Source: Myxococcales bacterium
Lineage (GTDB): Bacteria > Myxococcota_A > Polyangia > Polyangiales > DASUME01
Assembly: GCA_047601445.1 (NCBI GenBank)
Contig: JASGJH010000001.1
Location: 8,736,001 to 8,800,000 of the forward strand
DNA length: 64,000 nucleotides
Direction: 5' to 3'
Of this stretch, positions 9,983 to 20,039 are shown piece by piece; the stretch's first letter is position 1, and each line of letters opens with the position of its first letter. The notes under the pieces were generated by a model, which did not search any database, was not told where the DNA came from, and saw nothing but the letters and a program-made list of their open reading frames with translations. Position numbers and translations under genes: made by a program.

Positions 9983-11713
9983 TCAGCTGCCCTCGTATTC
10001 GCGGTCGATACTCGTCACGCGACGCTTGTATTCCGCTTTGGAGATCACCCCGGCGCGCAGATTTTCTTTCTCGGCCTCGATGCGGCGCGCGCGCCGGGTC
10101 TTGAGTACCCAGATGGTGTCCTCGTAGGCCTGCTCGCTGAGATTCCCCGCGCGGTAGGCGCGCTTGGCGGCGGCTACGTTGTTGTAGGCAGGGCCGCGCG
10201 CGAGGAGGGCCTGACGGCGCTCACTCTGGGACGCGCCCGAACCGGCCGTTCCGCCTCCGCCTCCGCCGCTCCCGAAAATGCGATTGAACGTGTTTCGCAA
10301 GTGAGGGAAGGGGCGATTGTCGCTGCCTGTCCGCGTGCTCGCGCTTCCGCCGCCGCTCTCGTCGACACCCGTACTGTCGGCGGGTGCACCCGTCGCTTCG
10401 TCGCTACGCGCCTCGCGGCCGCCCGTCGCTTCGTCGTTGCGTGCCTCGCGGCCGGCACCAACCTCCGCGGCCTGTGTCTCGCGCCGGGCTCGGCGGCCGG
10501 CCTCGGGGGCGGCTTCGGGCAGCGGCTTGGCCTCTTGCTCTTCGGGCTCAACGGCGCTCGCGGCCAGCGCCGGAGCAGGGGCCGTGGGATCTTTCCCGTC
10601 TGGCCACAACGCAGCCACCGCGCCCAGCGCGGCGAGCAGCAGCAGCGCGCCCACCACCAAGATCTTCGGGCCCTTGTCGCCCTGTTGCTTGAAGAGCGCC
10701 GTGAAGGTGTTGGGGAACGAGTTGGCCGCCGGCACCGCGCGCTTGTCCGCGCTCGCTGCGCTCGCAGCAAAGGCCGTGGGGGCCTGTTCCTTGGCCACGC
10801 GCGTGGCGCTGTAGCTCCCGGGAGCGCCGCCCAGAGTCATCTCGCGCAGCACGTCGTCGACCAGCGCGAGGACCTCGGCAGCGTCGCGTGGACGTTCGTC
10901 CGGCGACTTGGCCAGCAGTCGATCCAGCAGACCTTGCAGGCTGACGTTGCGGGCCAGTTCGGGCCTCACCTGGACCAATCGCGGCGGGACCTTGGAGACT
11001 TGCGCGAGCAGCAGCGAGACCACGGAATCAGCCGCGAAGGGCACGCTGCCCGTGACCATCTCGAACAACATCACGCCCAGCGAGTACAGATCCGAGCGTG
11101 CATCCACGGGCTGGCCCTGCGCCTGCTCCGGGGACATGTACGTGGGCGTGCCGAGCACCGCGCCGGCCAAGGTGAGCTTGGTCTTCGAATCGGCCTCGAT
11201 GCCTGCGATGCCGAAGTCCATCACCTTGGCGAAGGTCTGCCCGCCGTGCACCTTGGTCATGAACACGTTCGCCGGCTTGAGATCGCGGTGCACGATGCCG
11301 CGCGCGTGGGCCTCGCTCAGGGCCTGCAGGACTTCGCGCAAGATGCCCAGCGCCTCTTGCAGTGGAAGCGCGCCCTTCTGCGTGAGGTACTCGGAAAGGT
11401 CTTCGCCAGCGAGCAGCTCCATCACCATGAAGAGCTCGCCCCGCTCCACACCGAAGTCGAACAGGCGCACCGTGTTCGGGTGATGCAGCAGGGCCATTGC
11501 CTCGGCCTCACGGCGGAAGCGCTGGATGCACTCCTCGTTGCTCGCAATGGCGCCGGCGATGAGCTTGATGGCCACCGGCCGTTGGATGGACAGCTGACGA
11601 CCGCGATAGACGCTGCCCATGCCGCCGTGTCCCAACAGCGCATCGATACCGTACTGGTTGGCCAGCACGCGTCCGAGATTCGGATCCTGTTCCGGTTGGT
11701 CCGCTGAGCCCAT
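9983..11713 (-). CDS. Membrane Ser/Thr protein kinase with SHOCT-like C-terminus
   Basis: LGHGGMGSV, AIK, HRDLKPAN, DFG, GTPTYMSPE; one TM. Confidence 0.92.
   Translation of the reverse strand: MGSADQPEQDPNLGRVLANQYGIDALLGHGGMGSVYRGRQLSIQRPVAIKLIAGAIASNEECIQRFRREAEAMALLHHPNTVRLFDFGVERGELFMVMELLAGEDLSEYLTQKGALPLQEALGILREVLQALSEAHARGIVHRDLKPANVFMTKVHGGQTFAKVMDFGIAGIEADSKTKLTLAGAVLGTPTYMSPEQAQGQPVDARSDLYSLGVMLFEMVTGSVPFAADSVVSLLLAQVSKVPPRLVQVRPELARNVSLQGLLDRLLAKSPDERPRDAAEVLALVDDVLREMTLGGAPGSYSATRVAKEQAPTAFAASAASADKRAVPAANSFPNTFTALFKQQGDKGPKILVVGALLLLAALGAVAALWPDGKDPTAPAPALAASAVEPEEQEAKPLPEAAPEAGRRARRETQAAEVGAGREARNDEATGGREARSDEATGAPADSTGVDESGGGSASTRTGSDNRPFPHLRNTFNRIFGSGGGGGGTAGSGASQSERRQALLARGPAYNNVAAAKRAYRAGNLSEQAYEDTIWVLKTRRARRIEAEKENLRAGVISKAEYKRRVTSIDREYEGS
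10389..10454. repeat. 33-nt tandem duplication inside the kinase linker (GREARxDEATG x2)
   Basis: cccgtcgcttcgtcgctacgcgcctcgcggccg followed by cccgtcgcttcgtcgttgcgtgcctcgcggccg. Confidence 0.8.
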
Positions 11714-11888
11714 AAACGTCGCGCCTAGTGTTGTTCTCGCACGCGCTCGCGCGCTCCCATTTCTGCGCAATCTCGTGCTTTTTTTCGAACCTGGTGCTCA
11801 CACCGTGATCGCTGCTCGCATCCCTAGCATGCTGAACCGGGGACGGCCTACCGGTGCATGCTAGCCTGAAAAGCCTTGCGAGTTAGCC

Positions 11889-12635
11889 ATGTTTCCCGAT
11901 CCCATCATCCGCAAGCAACTCCGCGACGGCACGCGCGTCCTCCTGCGCGCGGTGCGGCCCACTGATCGCGCGCTCTTGGCCCAGGGATTCGAGCAATTCA
12001 GCGATGAGTCCCGCTACCGACGCTTCTTCGTCCACAAGAGTGAGCTCAGCGACGAGGACCTGCGCTATCTGACCGAGGTGGACGGCGTCCAGCACCACGC
12101 GCTCGGGGCGGTAACCCTCGACGACCGTGGACAAGAGGTGCCCCTCGGCATCGCGCGCTACGTGCGCTCCGCGGAGCATCCCGAGGTGGCCGAGGCGGCC
12201 GTGGCGGTCATCGACGCCATGCAAGGCAAGGGGCTGGGCAAGCTCCTCCTGCACGGGTTGAGTGACGTGGCTTACTCCCACGGCGTGCGCAAGTTTCACT
12301 GCAGCGTACTCGCCACCAACGAGGCCATTCACAAGGTGTTGCTCGAGCTAGCTCCGAACGCCCATGTGGTGCGCAGCGAGGCCAACGTGGAGGAGCTCGA
12401 GCTCGAGCTTCCCGCGCCGGACACGGGCGAGCCGGAACCCCCGCTCGGTCCGCGCCAACGCCTGGAGAATCTGCTCAGACTGGCGGCGCAACGTCTGGTG
12501 TCGGTGCGCGCGTTCTCGCGCCCTGGCAAGCGGACCAGTCACGACCCTCAGCCCGTGGCAGACGCCGAGGCGATGCTGGCGGAGGAGTCGGGGGCCCGCA
12601 ACGACGACACCTCTAGGCTGGGCGATCGTCCGTGA
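11889..12635 (+). CDS. GNAT-family N-acetyltransferase
   Basis: LRDGTRVLLR..SRYRRFF; acetyl-CoA motif QGKGLGKLL. Confidence 0.85.
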   Translation: MFPDPIIRKQLRDGTRVLLRAVRPTDRALLAQGFEQFSDESRYRRFFVHKSELSDEDLRYLTEVDGVQHHALGAVTLDDRGQEVPLGIARYVRSAEHPEVAEAAVAVIDAMQGKGLGKLLLHGLSDVAYSHGVRKFHCSVLATNEAIHKVLLELAPNAHVVRSEANVEELELELPAPDTGEPEPPLGPRQRLENLLRLAAQRLVSVRAFSRPGKRTSHDPQPVADAEAMLAEESGARNDDTSRLGDRP

Positions 12636-13512
12636 GCGCCGGCTGATTCAGACGTCGCGCCAGAAACTGCTCCACGATTTCGGCGATCGGCTCGGGATCG
12701 TCCAACAAGGCCGTGTGGGTTCCGTGCTTGAGGCGCACGAACTCGCTGGTCGGTGCGGCGCGGTGCATGGGCCAGCCCACCGTCTGCGCGGGTGCGAATG
12801 GATCGCGGTCGCCTGCCATGATGAGCAGGGGCATGGTCAGCGATCCGAGCACGTTGAAGGCCGAGTGGGCCTCCGCGGAGGCCGCCATGCGCCGGATGGT
12901 GCCCGGATCCAAGACCGATAGATGTTCGGTCATGTCGTCGATGTCTCTGCGGCTTGCCTGCTTGCCCACCAGACCGATGGCGCGCGCCCCGTGAAAGCTG
13001 AGCGCGGTCTTCGCCAGGCTCGCGAAGCCGCGCGCGAAGGGCACGAAGTACTCGTCTGGAGTGTCGCGCAGAAGCCGCAGCAAGAGCGGGCCCGGGATCG
13101 GTAGCCGGGTGGTACTCAGCACGTGTTGAGCGGCGCCAAGCAGGAGCAGCAACGCATCGCAGCGCTCGGGAAACTGGCGTGCCATCTCGAGGGCGATTTG
13201 GCAGCCCACCGAGAACGCACCCTGGATCGCCGTCGTCAGACCCACCGCGTCCATCACCTTGGCCATCAACGCCGGTTGGGCCTCGATGGTGGCTGTGTAC
13301 TCGCTGCGCGCTGGGCTCGAGATGCCGTGGCCCGGCAGGTCCCACGTCACGATGGTGTAGTGAGACTGCCAGCGCGGAATCAGGTACTTCCAGAACAGGT
13401 CGGTGGTGGTCAGTCCGTTGGTCAGCAGGAGCCCGGGTCCCGTGCCTTGCACGGTGAACTCGATGCATGTGCCGTCCTCGGCCGTGATGCTGCCTGTGTT
13501 CGCGGATCCCAC
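12613..13512 (-). CDS. Alpha/beta fold hydrolase
   Basis: WDLPGHG, AFSVG nucleophile elbow, GDRD, GTH; start uncertain. Confidence 0.8.
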   Translation of the reverse strand: MGSANTGSITAEDGTCIEFTVQGTGPGLLLTNGLTTTDLFWKYLIPRWQSHYTIVTWDLPGHGISSPARSEYTATIEAQPALMAKVMDAVGLTTAIQGAFSVGCQIALEMARQFPERCDALLLLLGAAQHVLSTTRLPIPGPLLLRLLRDTPDEYFVPFARGFASLAKTALSFHGARAIGLVGKQASRRDIDDMTEHLSVLDPGTIRRMAASAEAHSAFNVLGSLTMPLLIMAGDRDPFAPAQTVGWPMHRAAPTSEFVRLKHGTHTALLDDPEPIAEIVEQFLARRLNQPALTDDRPA

Positions 13513-13603
13513 GTGCGACTCGTCCCAAGCATACGCGGCGATCGACGCTCCCGCCCGCGCCGATCGACGCCGCCCTCGACTGGCTTCAAACTGCGGGTAC
13601 CCC

Positions 13604-14542
13604 ATGCATGATGTGCAATCCAGCTATCTCGTGCGTCGCCCGGCGACCAGTCAGTTCGTGGAGGCCCGCGGCATCCGTCACCACCTGACGAGCTGGGGCT
13701 CACCCGCCCTGGTGTCTGCCGAGCGACCGCCGCTCGTCTTGGTCCACGGCTACATGGATGTGGGTGCGTCGTTTCAGTTCTTGGTGGATGCCATGGAGCA
13801 GCTCGAGGGGGCCAGCCGGTACGTGCTGGCGCTGGATCTGCGAGGCTACGGGCGCACTCAGTCGCCTGCTGCCGTGGACGCCTACTGGTTTCCCGACTAC
13901 CTCGGCGATCTCGACGCGGTCTTTCGTGCGCTCTTTGATGATCGGCCGCTCGATCTGCTTGGACACAGCATGGGCGGCAACATCTGCATGGTGTACGCGG
14001 GCGTCCGGCCCACGCGCGTTCGACGCCTGGTGAACCTCGAGGGTTTCGGGCTGCCGGAGTCCGATCCCGCCGATGCTCCCGACCGCTACGCCCTCTGGCT
14101 CGAGCAACTCGCGACCGAGCAGACCATGCCGACCTTTGGCGACTACGAAGCGGTCGCGCGTCGCCTGTGCCGCAACAACCCGCGACTCCCGCCGAACAAG
14201 GCGGCCTGGCTCGCACGGCAGTGGGCTGCAGGTGATGACGGGCAGCTCAAGGTGTTGGGCGACCCGGCCCACAAACGAGTGAACCCCATCTTGTACCGCA
14301 TGCTCGAGGCCCAAACGTGCTGGGCGCGCATCCAGGCGCCGGTGTTGTGGGTGGAGGGCAAGCAGACCGAGGCCGAGCGCTTCTGGGGCGGGCGCTACAG
14401 CCTGGCCGATTTCCATCGCCGCCTCGACGTCGTGACGACTCCCGTGCAACGTGAAGCGCTCGACGACGCCGGGCACATGCTGCACCACGATCAGCCCGAG
14501 AAGTTGGCCGAGCTGGTGGTGCGCTTCTTGGCCGCGCGCTAA
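13604..14542 (+). CDS. Alpha/beta fold hydrolase
   Basis: HGYMD, DLRGYG, GHSMG, AGHMLH. Confidence 0.88.
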   Translation: MHDVQSSYLVRRPATSQFVEARGIRHHLTSWGSPALVSAERPPLVLVHGYMDVGASFQFLVDAMEQLEGASRYVLALDLRGYGRTQSPAAVDAYWFPDYLGDLDAVFRALFDDRPLDLLGHSMGGNICMVYAGVRPTRVRRLVNLEGFGLPESDPADAPDRYALWLEQLATEQTMPTFGDYEAVARRLCRNNPRLPPNKAAWLARQWAAGDDGQLKVLGDPAHKRVNPILYRMLEAQTCWARIQAPVLWVEGKQTEAERFWGGRYSLADFHRRLDVVTTPVQREALDDAGHMLHHDQPEKLAELVVRFLAAR

Positions 14543-16584
14543 CCGGCCTCGTCGCTCGAGAAGGGCAGCGTCGTTCCCGGACCGGTGCTGTCCTGGTCGA
14601 ACAGGGCGAACGCCTGGCGGATCGCCTCGGAATTGCCCACCAGATACACCACATCTCCGGCCTGGAAGGGCACGTGGGGATCCGGATCCTTGAGCAGGCG
14701 CGCACCACGCTTCACGCCCACCACCAGTGCGCCCGTCTTTCCTCGCAGGTGGAGCGTCACCGCGGACTTGCCCACGGCGGCGCTCTGTTCGCGCACCAGG
14801 GCGCTCTCGATCTTGAGCTCGTCCAGGCCGCGCAGATCGCGCAGCGGCGTGCGGGGAACCGTCTGCTTGCGCTCGGTGGTCTGGGTCTCGGAGCGCACGT
14901 TCCGGATACGCTCTTCGATGACGTTGCGAGGTACCTCGATGCGACGAAGCATGCGCGCGATGACCTCGACCGCGCCCTCGACCTCCTCGGCCACGATGTC
15001 GTGGGCACCCACCTTCATCAGGAGCTGGCGTTCGCGCAGGTAGTGTGTGCGCATGAGCACGGGAACCTGCGGTGCCACGCGACGCGCCGTGTCCACCACG
15101 CGCAGGGCGGCCTGCGGATCGTTCATCAACAGCACGAGCAGCTTGGCGCCTTCGAGGTGCGCGTGCCCCAGCGCCTCGGAGCTGGTGGCGTCACCGTAGT
15201 AGATGGGGAGCCCCTCTTGCTTGCCCGAGCGCACGTTGTCCGCGTTGAGCTCGAGCACCACGAACGGCACGTTGCAGGCCGCCAACGTCTGCGCGGCGAA
15301 GCGCCCCGCCACCCCGTAGCCCACGATCACCACGTGGTCGTGCAGACGCGAGTGCTGCGTGCCGGGTTGATCGGCTTCGTCGATGGCGCGCACGCCGATC
15401 AGCCGCTCGAGCGGGGCGAGCAGGCGCTCTCCTGCGGTGACGTGGGGAGCCGCGCGCACCAGCAGCGGCGTGAGGAACATGCTCGCGATGCCTGCTGCGA
15501 GCAGGGGCCCGAGCGCGCTGCTCTCCACCACACCGCTCTGCTCGCCCAGCTGAGCCAGCACGAAGCCGAACTCACCGAACTGCGCCAGACCCACGCCCGA
15601 CAACCAGGCCACGCGTGAAGGGAAGCGCATGGCCATCGCTGCGAGCGTCGCCAGAAAGCCCTTGGCCAGCAGGAAGCCGAGCAGCAAGAGGCCCACCAGC
15701 AGCGGCTTCTGAAGCACCACCTGCACGTCGAACAACATGCCCAGGGACACGAAGAACAAGCTCACGAACGCATCGCGCAGCGGCAGGATGTCGCCCATCG
15801 CTCGGTGGCTGTACTCGGTGTCCGCCACCACCATGCCGCCGAGAAACGCGCCCAGCGCGAGGGAGAGTCCCACCAGCGACGTGAGCCAGGCCGTGCCGAT
15901 GCACAGCGCCAGGATGGCCAGCAAGAACACCTCGCGGCTGCGGCTAGCGTCGACCCAATCGAGGATGGTCGGCACGATGAAGCGCGCCAGGGCCACCAGG
16001 CACACCACCACCAAGGCGGCCTTGCCCATGGCGAACGCGATGGCCTCGCCGGCATCCTGCGCTGCGCCGCTGCCCAGCAGCGGCACGATCAACACCATGG
16101 GCACCACGCAAAGGTCCTGGAAAATCAGCGTGCCGACGATGAAGCGTCCGTGTGGTGCGTCGAGCTCGCGGCGCTCCGAGAGGGCGCGCAGCACGATGGC
16201 CGTGCTCGAGAGCGAGAACACGAACCCGTAGAAGATGCCCCGTGCCCAGGACTCCCCGAGCGCCACGGCCACGCCGGCTGCGGCGGCCGTGGTGAGGCCC
16301 ACTTGCAGGGCGCCGCCCAGGGCGACTTGTCGAAAGATGTCTCGCAGCCTTCCGAGCGAGAACTCGAGGCCGATGGAGAACAGCAACAGCACCACGCCGA
16401 CCTCGGCGAGCACCTCGATGGCGTGCACGGACTTCACGAGCTGCAGGCCGAAGGGCCCGGCCAACGCACCGGCCGCCAGCAAGCCCGCCACGGTGGGCAA
16501 ACGTAGTCGCGAGAGAATGACCGTGACCGCGACGGCCAGGCCCGCCACGATGGCCAATTCATCCAGCAACGGCACGTGTCCCAT
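14539..16584 (-). CDS. CPA2 (Kef-type) cation:proton antiporter with TrkA-N/TrkA-C domains
   Basis: LAEVGVVLLLFSIGLE, SSTAIV, LIFQD, GEFGFVL; GYGVAG RCK domain. Confidence 0.9.
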   Translation of the reverse strand: MGHVPLLDELAIVAGLAVAVTVILSRLRLPTVAGLLAAGALAGPFGLQLVKSVHAIEVLAEVGVVLLLFSIGLEFSLGRLRDIFRQVALGGALQVGLTTAAAAGVAVALGESWARGIFYGFVFSLSSTAIVLRALSERRELDAPHGRFIVGTLIFQDLCVVPMVLIVPLLGSGAAQDAGEAIAFAMGKAALVVVCLVALARFIVPTILDWVDASRSREVFLLAILALCIGTAWLTSLVGLSLALGAFLGGMVVADTEYSHRAMGDILPLRDAFVSLFFVSLGMLFDVQVVLQKPLLVGLLLLGFLLAKGFLATLAAMAMRFPSRVAWLSGVGLAQFGEFGFVLAQLGEQSGVVESSALGPLLAAGIASMFLTPLLVRAAPHVTAGERLLAPLERLIGVRAIDEADQPGTQHSRLHDHVVIVGYGVAGRFAAQTLAACNVPFVVLELNADNVRSGKQEGLPIYYGDATSSEALGHAHLEGAKLLVLLMNDPQAALRVVDTARRVAPQVPVLMRTHYLRERQLLMKVGAHDIVAEEVEGAVEVIARMLRRIEVPRNVIEERIRNVRSETQTTERKQTVPRTPLRDLRGLDELKIESALVREQSAAVGKSAVTLHLRGKTGALVVGVKRGARLLKDPDPHVPFQAGDVVYLVGNSEAIRQAFALFDQDSTGPGTTLPFSSDEAG

Positions 16585-16651
16585 GGATTCGACAGTAGCG
16601 TGCTTCGCAGCGGGATGGGGCGGCGATTCGAGGCTTCTTCGGTTGGACCGC

Positions 16652-17344
16652 TCAGCCCAGCTGGGCGATGGTCTTGGCCAGCCCGAGCAGTGCGGGCCGA
16701 GGGATCTCGTGTCCGCCTCGGAACTCCACGAAGCTGAGGTCGGCGCCACCTGCGCGCAGGAGTGCGGAGAGTCGCTCCGCGTCTTCGAATGGCAACAAAG
16801 GATCGAGGTGGCCATGGCTCTGAAACACGGGCACACCATGCAGGGTCGGGGCGAGCGGTCGCCAGACCGGTTCCGCGATCAGCGTGCTCGACAGCAAGAG
16901 CAGCGCTCCGGGCTTCTCGGCGGCATGTAGGGCCACGTCGCAAGCCACCATCGATCCCTGCGAAAAACCGCCCAAAACCAGGCGCGACGGCTGGACCTGG
17001 AAATACGCGGCCACTTCGCGCAGGAGCTCGCCTACCTGGGCGCGCACGGTGGGCAGGTTAGGGGGCAACTCCTGGCTGCGATCGATGCGCTCGCCCCGGG
17101 CGCGGCGCTCGAAGACTTCCATGTCCAGCATCCACCATGCGCGAGCCGGCCCGCCTTCGACGCTGAGCGGTGCCTCCGGACACACGATGCGGGGGCGGTT
17201 AGGGAGCTCGAGCAGGGCATCCCCGAGCGGCACCAGATCGTCGCCGAGCGCCCCGAAGCCGTGCATCAACACCACCACGGGGCCGTCGCTGTCGGACTCT
17301 TCGAGGACATGGCTGGTCAGGCCGGCAAAGTTCATGCGCTCCAT
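16652..17344 (-). CDS. Phospholipase/carboxylesterase
   Basis: MHGFGA, GFSQG, HGHLDP, GGHEI. Confidence 0.88.
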   Translation of the reverse strand: MERMNFAGLTSHVLEESDSDGPVVVLMHGFGALGDDLVPLGDALLELPNRPRIVCPEAPLSVEGGPARAWWMLDMEVFERRARGERIDRSQELPPNLPTVRAQVGELLREVAAYFQVQPSRLVLGGFSQGSMVACDVALHAAEKPGALLLLSSTLIAEPVWRPLAPTLHGVPVFQSHGHLDPLLPFEDAERLSALLRAGGADLSFVEFRGGHEIPRPALLGLAKTIAQLG

Positions 17345-17456
17345 GGCGAGCTCTTAGCAGGGCGGACACCCCCGAGGCTCGCCGCAAGGAAGCCGTGGGG
17401 CAAAATGGGGCCACTCGCCGCCCAAAAAGGGGCCAGCTCCTGCTAGAACTGGGCCG

Positions 17457-20039
17457 GTGAATCGACGCGCTTGGATGGACTTGGGCGGCGTTCTGCTCGT
17501 CATTTCCGCGCTGGCCGTGGTGGTCTTCTGGCCTGCCTTCGACCCCGACCAGGGCGACGTGGTGGGCCGTTACGACGTGCATCGCCAGTTCGGGCCTTGG
17601 AACTACTTCTTCGACTACAGCATCCAGCACGGGGACTTTCCAGAGTGGGACCCGCTGGTGTTCTCGGGGGCCCCTCACGCGGCCAATCCACAGAGCTGGG
17701 CGTTCTATCCCCCGAACTTGCTGCGCGCGCTCCTGCACACCGACCCCACGCCGCTGGGAACGTTGCGCGGCCTGAGCGTGCTGATGGGGCTGCACCTCCT
17801 GTTCTGGGCGCTCGGTGTCTTCCAGCTCGCGCGCAGCCACGGCTTGGCCCGTGACGGCGCGCTGCTGGCCGCCATCGCCGCCAGCTTCAGCGCGCTGATG
17901 GTGCGTCGAGTCGGCGAGTACCACTTCATCTTCACGCTGGCCGCGTTGCCCTGGATGCTGCTGTGCATCCGCAAGCTGGTGCTCTCTCAACGCGCCGAGA
18001 AAGCACAGGCCTCGGCGGCCATCGCGCCCGTCTTGGGGCTCGCGGTGCTGTTCGCGGGCTCGGTGCTGGGCGGCTTTCTGCAGGTCGTGCCGCACCTGGT
18101 GGTCGCCATGACGGCCTATCTGCTCAGCGAACTCTCGCTCTCCGGGGCGGCGCGCGAGGAGCGCGTCCGGCTGTGGTCGCGCACCCTCGGCTGGTTGGCA
18201 CTCGCGGGGGCGCTCGCGGTAGGCCTCGCGAGCGTACTGCTCGTGCCGGCCTCGGAGCTGCTTGCCCACTCGCCCCGCGCCAGCGGTTCGGGTGTGGACG
18301 TGGGTGGACACAAGCCCGAAGCCTGGAACCTGCTCTATGCGGCCCGTAGCTTGATCGTCTACTCGGGTCGCATCTTCGAGCCCGAGACCCTGCGCGGCGC
18401 AGGCATCGTGTTCCTGGCGCTGCTGCTGTGCGCTCTGGTGCAACGCTCGTGGCGCGGCATCGCGCCCTTCGTGGCCATGTCCTACGCGCTGGTGGACTTG
18501 ATGCTGGGCAGGCCCTGGCCGCTCTCGAGCTTGATCGCCGCCCTCAGTCCCGTGCAGCTCGTGTCCGGCACGCGAGCCTTCGACGTGGCCATGCTGCCGC
18601 TCGCCATCCTCGCCGGCTTCGGACTCGCCAACTTGCGGCGAAGTCGTTTTGCCGCGCCCGGCGTGGCCGCCGCGATTGCCCTGTGCGGTGTGATCGTGCT
18701 CGAGCGCCAGCTGGCCGCCAACGACGTGTGGGCCCGACCCGATGCGATCGTATGGTGGATCCCGCTCGCGTTCGTCGGGCTGCTCATACTCTGGATGGTG
18801 GTGCCGAGTCGCGCTGCGCTGTGGAGCGCCCTGGTGGTGCTGCTGATGGCCTCCGAGTTGTTGAGCTGGAGTCGCTTCTACAGTCCGCGCATGTTGGTGC
18901 GACCGGGCTTCGACGCCGACTGGAAAGCGCGCGACGGCTTTACCGGCGTCGAGCCGCTCTGGCCCCACAATCGCCGGGAGACCACCGACCGGGAGAACTT
19001 CTCTCTGTTCTCCCTGCGCGGCATCAGCAACGGCTACGATCCGTTGCATCTGCGCAGCTACCGCGAGGCTGTCAGCGGACGCACCAAGCTCCAGTACCGA
19101 CGCACACTGCGCGAGCGCGAAACGGTCACCGAGACGCCGCGTGGGCACCTGTTCCTCAAGCGCGCCTTTTGGCTCGTGCCGAGCGTGGTCTACGGTCCGA
19201 TGCCGCTCGGTCAACGCATGTTCCCTCCCACCGCGCTCGCCTTTGTCACCAGCGAAATCCCCAAGGGCTTCCCGGTGGTCTCTGGTCATGACATCCCGTT
19301 CCGCGCGTCTTCCGAGCACGTGCAAAGCATCCCCCTGGTCGTCCAGCGCAGGTCACGCTCCCTGTACAGCGCGCGCGCCCCCCGTCTCGCCCCGGTGCAC
19401 CACGTCCTCCTGGTGCGGCTGATGCCGACCCAGGACGACTCGCCGGAGGTCGCGACCCAGTACCGCGACCAGGCTGTGCCGCGACCCATCCCGGGGTATC
19501 GCCACCGGCCGCGGACCCGCGCCGGACAGGTACTCGAACTGATCTTTCCCATGCCCGACGTCGTCGAGCCCCGCATCGACCTCGAGCTCAAATCCCAGGA
19601 TCCGGGCTTGAGCGTGGTGAGCATGGAGCTCTTGCAGGACCTGGCGGATGAAGACGCCTTGATCCACGTGGAACGACGCAGCGCCGATTCCGTGGATCTG
19701 CGAGTCGACAACCTGCCGGGGCCGCGACTCCTTGCCTTCATTGATGTGGACTATCCAGGGTGGCAGGTCGTGGTGGATGGCAAGCCCGCGGAGCTCGCGC
19801 AGGTCAACGATTCCTTCAAAGGAGTGTGGCTCGCGCCGGGGCCGCACCGCGTGAGCTTCCAGTTCGCCTCGTCGAGCTTGCGCAAGGGGGCTGTCATCTC
19901 GGGCATCAGCGCGCTCTCGTGCCTGCTGCTCGGGGTCTTCGCCGTGCTTCAGCGCAGGCGCTCAGCTCGGCCAGCGCAGCGCGGTGACGGCCAGCAGGCC
20001 GATCCAAAGCAACCCGACCCCCGCGCGAAGCAGGCGTGA
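17457..20039 (+). CDS. YfhO-family (GT-C-like) membrane protein
   Basis: PEWDPLVFSGAP..ANPQ..FYP; C-terminal YPGWQVVVDG...GPHRVSFQF followed by a TM. Confidence 0.82.
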   Translation: MNRRAWMDLGGVLLVISALAVVVFWPAFDPDQGDVVGRYDVHRQFGPWNYFFDYSIQHGDFPEWDPLVFSGAPHAANPQSWAFYPPNLLRALLHTDPTPLGTLRGLSVLMGLHLLFWALGVFQLARSHGLARDGALLAAIAASFSALMVRRVGEYHFIFTLAALPWMLLCIRKLVLSQRAEKAQASAAIAPVLGLAVLFAGSVLGGFLQVVPHLVVAMTAYLLSELSLSGAAREERVRLWSRTLGWLALAGALAVGLASVLLVPASELLAHSPRASGSGVDVGGHKPEAWNLLYAARSLIVYSGRIFEPETLRGAGIVFLALLLCALVQRSWRGIAPFVAMSYALVDLMLGRPWPLSSLIAALSPVQLVSGTRAFDVAMLPLAILAGFGLANLRRSRFAAPGVAAAIALCGVIVLERQLAANDVWARPDAIVWWIPLAFVGLLILWMVVPSRAALWSALVVLLMASELLSWSRFYSPRMLVRPGFDADWKARDGFTGVEPLWPHNRRETTDRENFSLFSLRGISNGYDPLHLRSYREAVSGRTKLQYRRTLRERETVTETPRGHLFLKRAFWLVPSVVYGPMPLGQRMFPPTALAFVTSEIPKGFPVVSGHDIPFRASSEHVQSIPLVVQRRSRSLYSARAPRLAPVHHVLLVRLMPTQDDSPEVATQYRDQAVPRPIPGYRHRPRTRAGQVLELIFPMPDVVEPRIDLELKSQDPGLSVVSMELLQDLADEDALIHVERRSADSVDLRVDNLPGPRLLAFIDVDYPGWQVVVDGKPAELAQVNDSFKGVWLAPGPHRVSFQFASSSLRKGAVISGISALSCLLLGVFAVLQRRRSARPAQRGDGQQADPKQPDPRAKQA

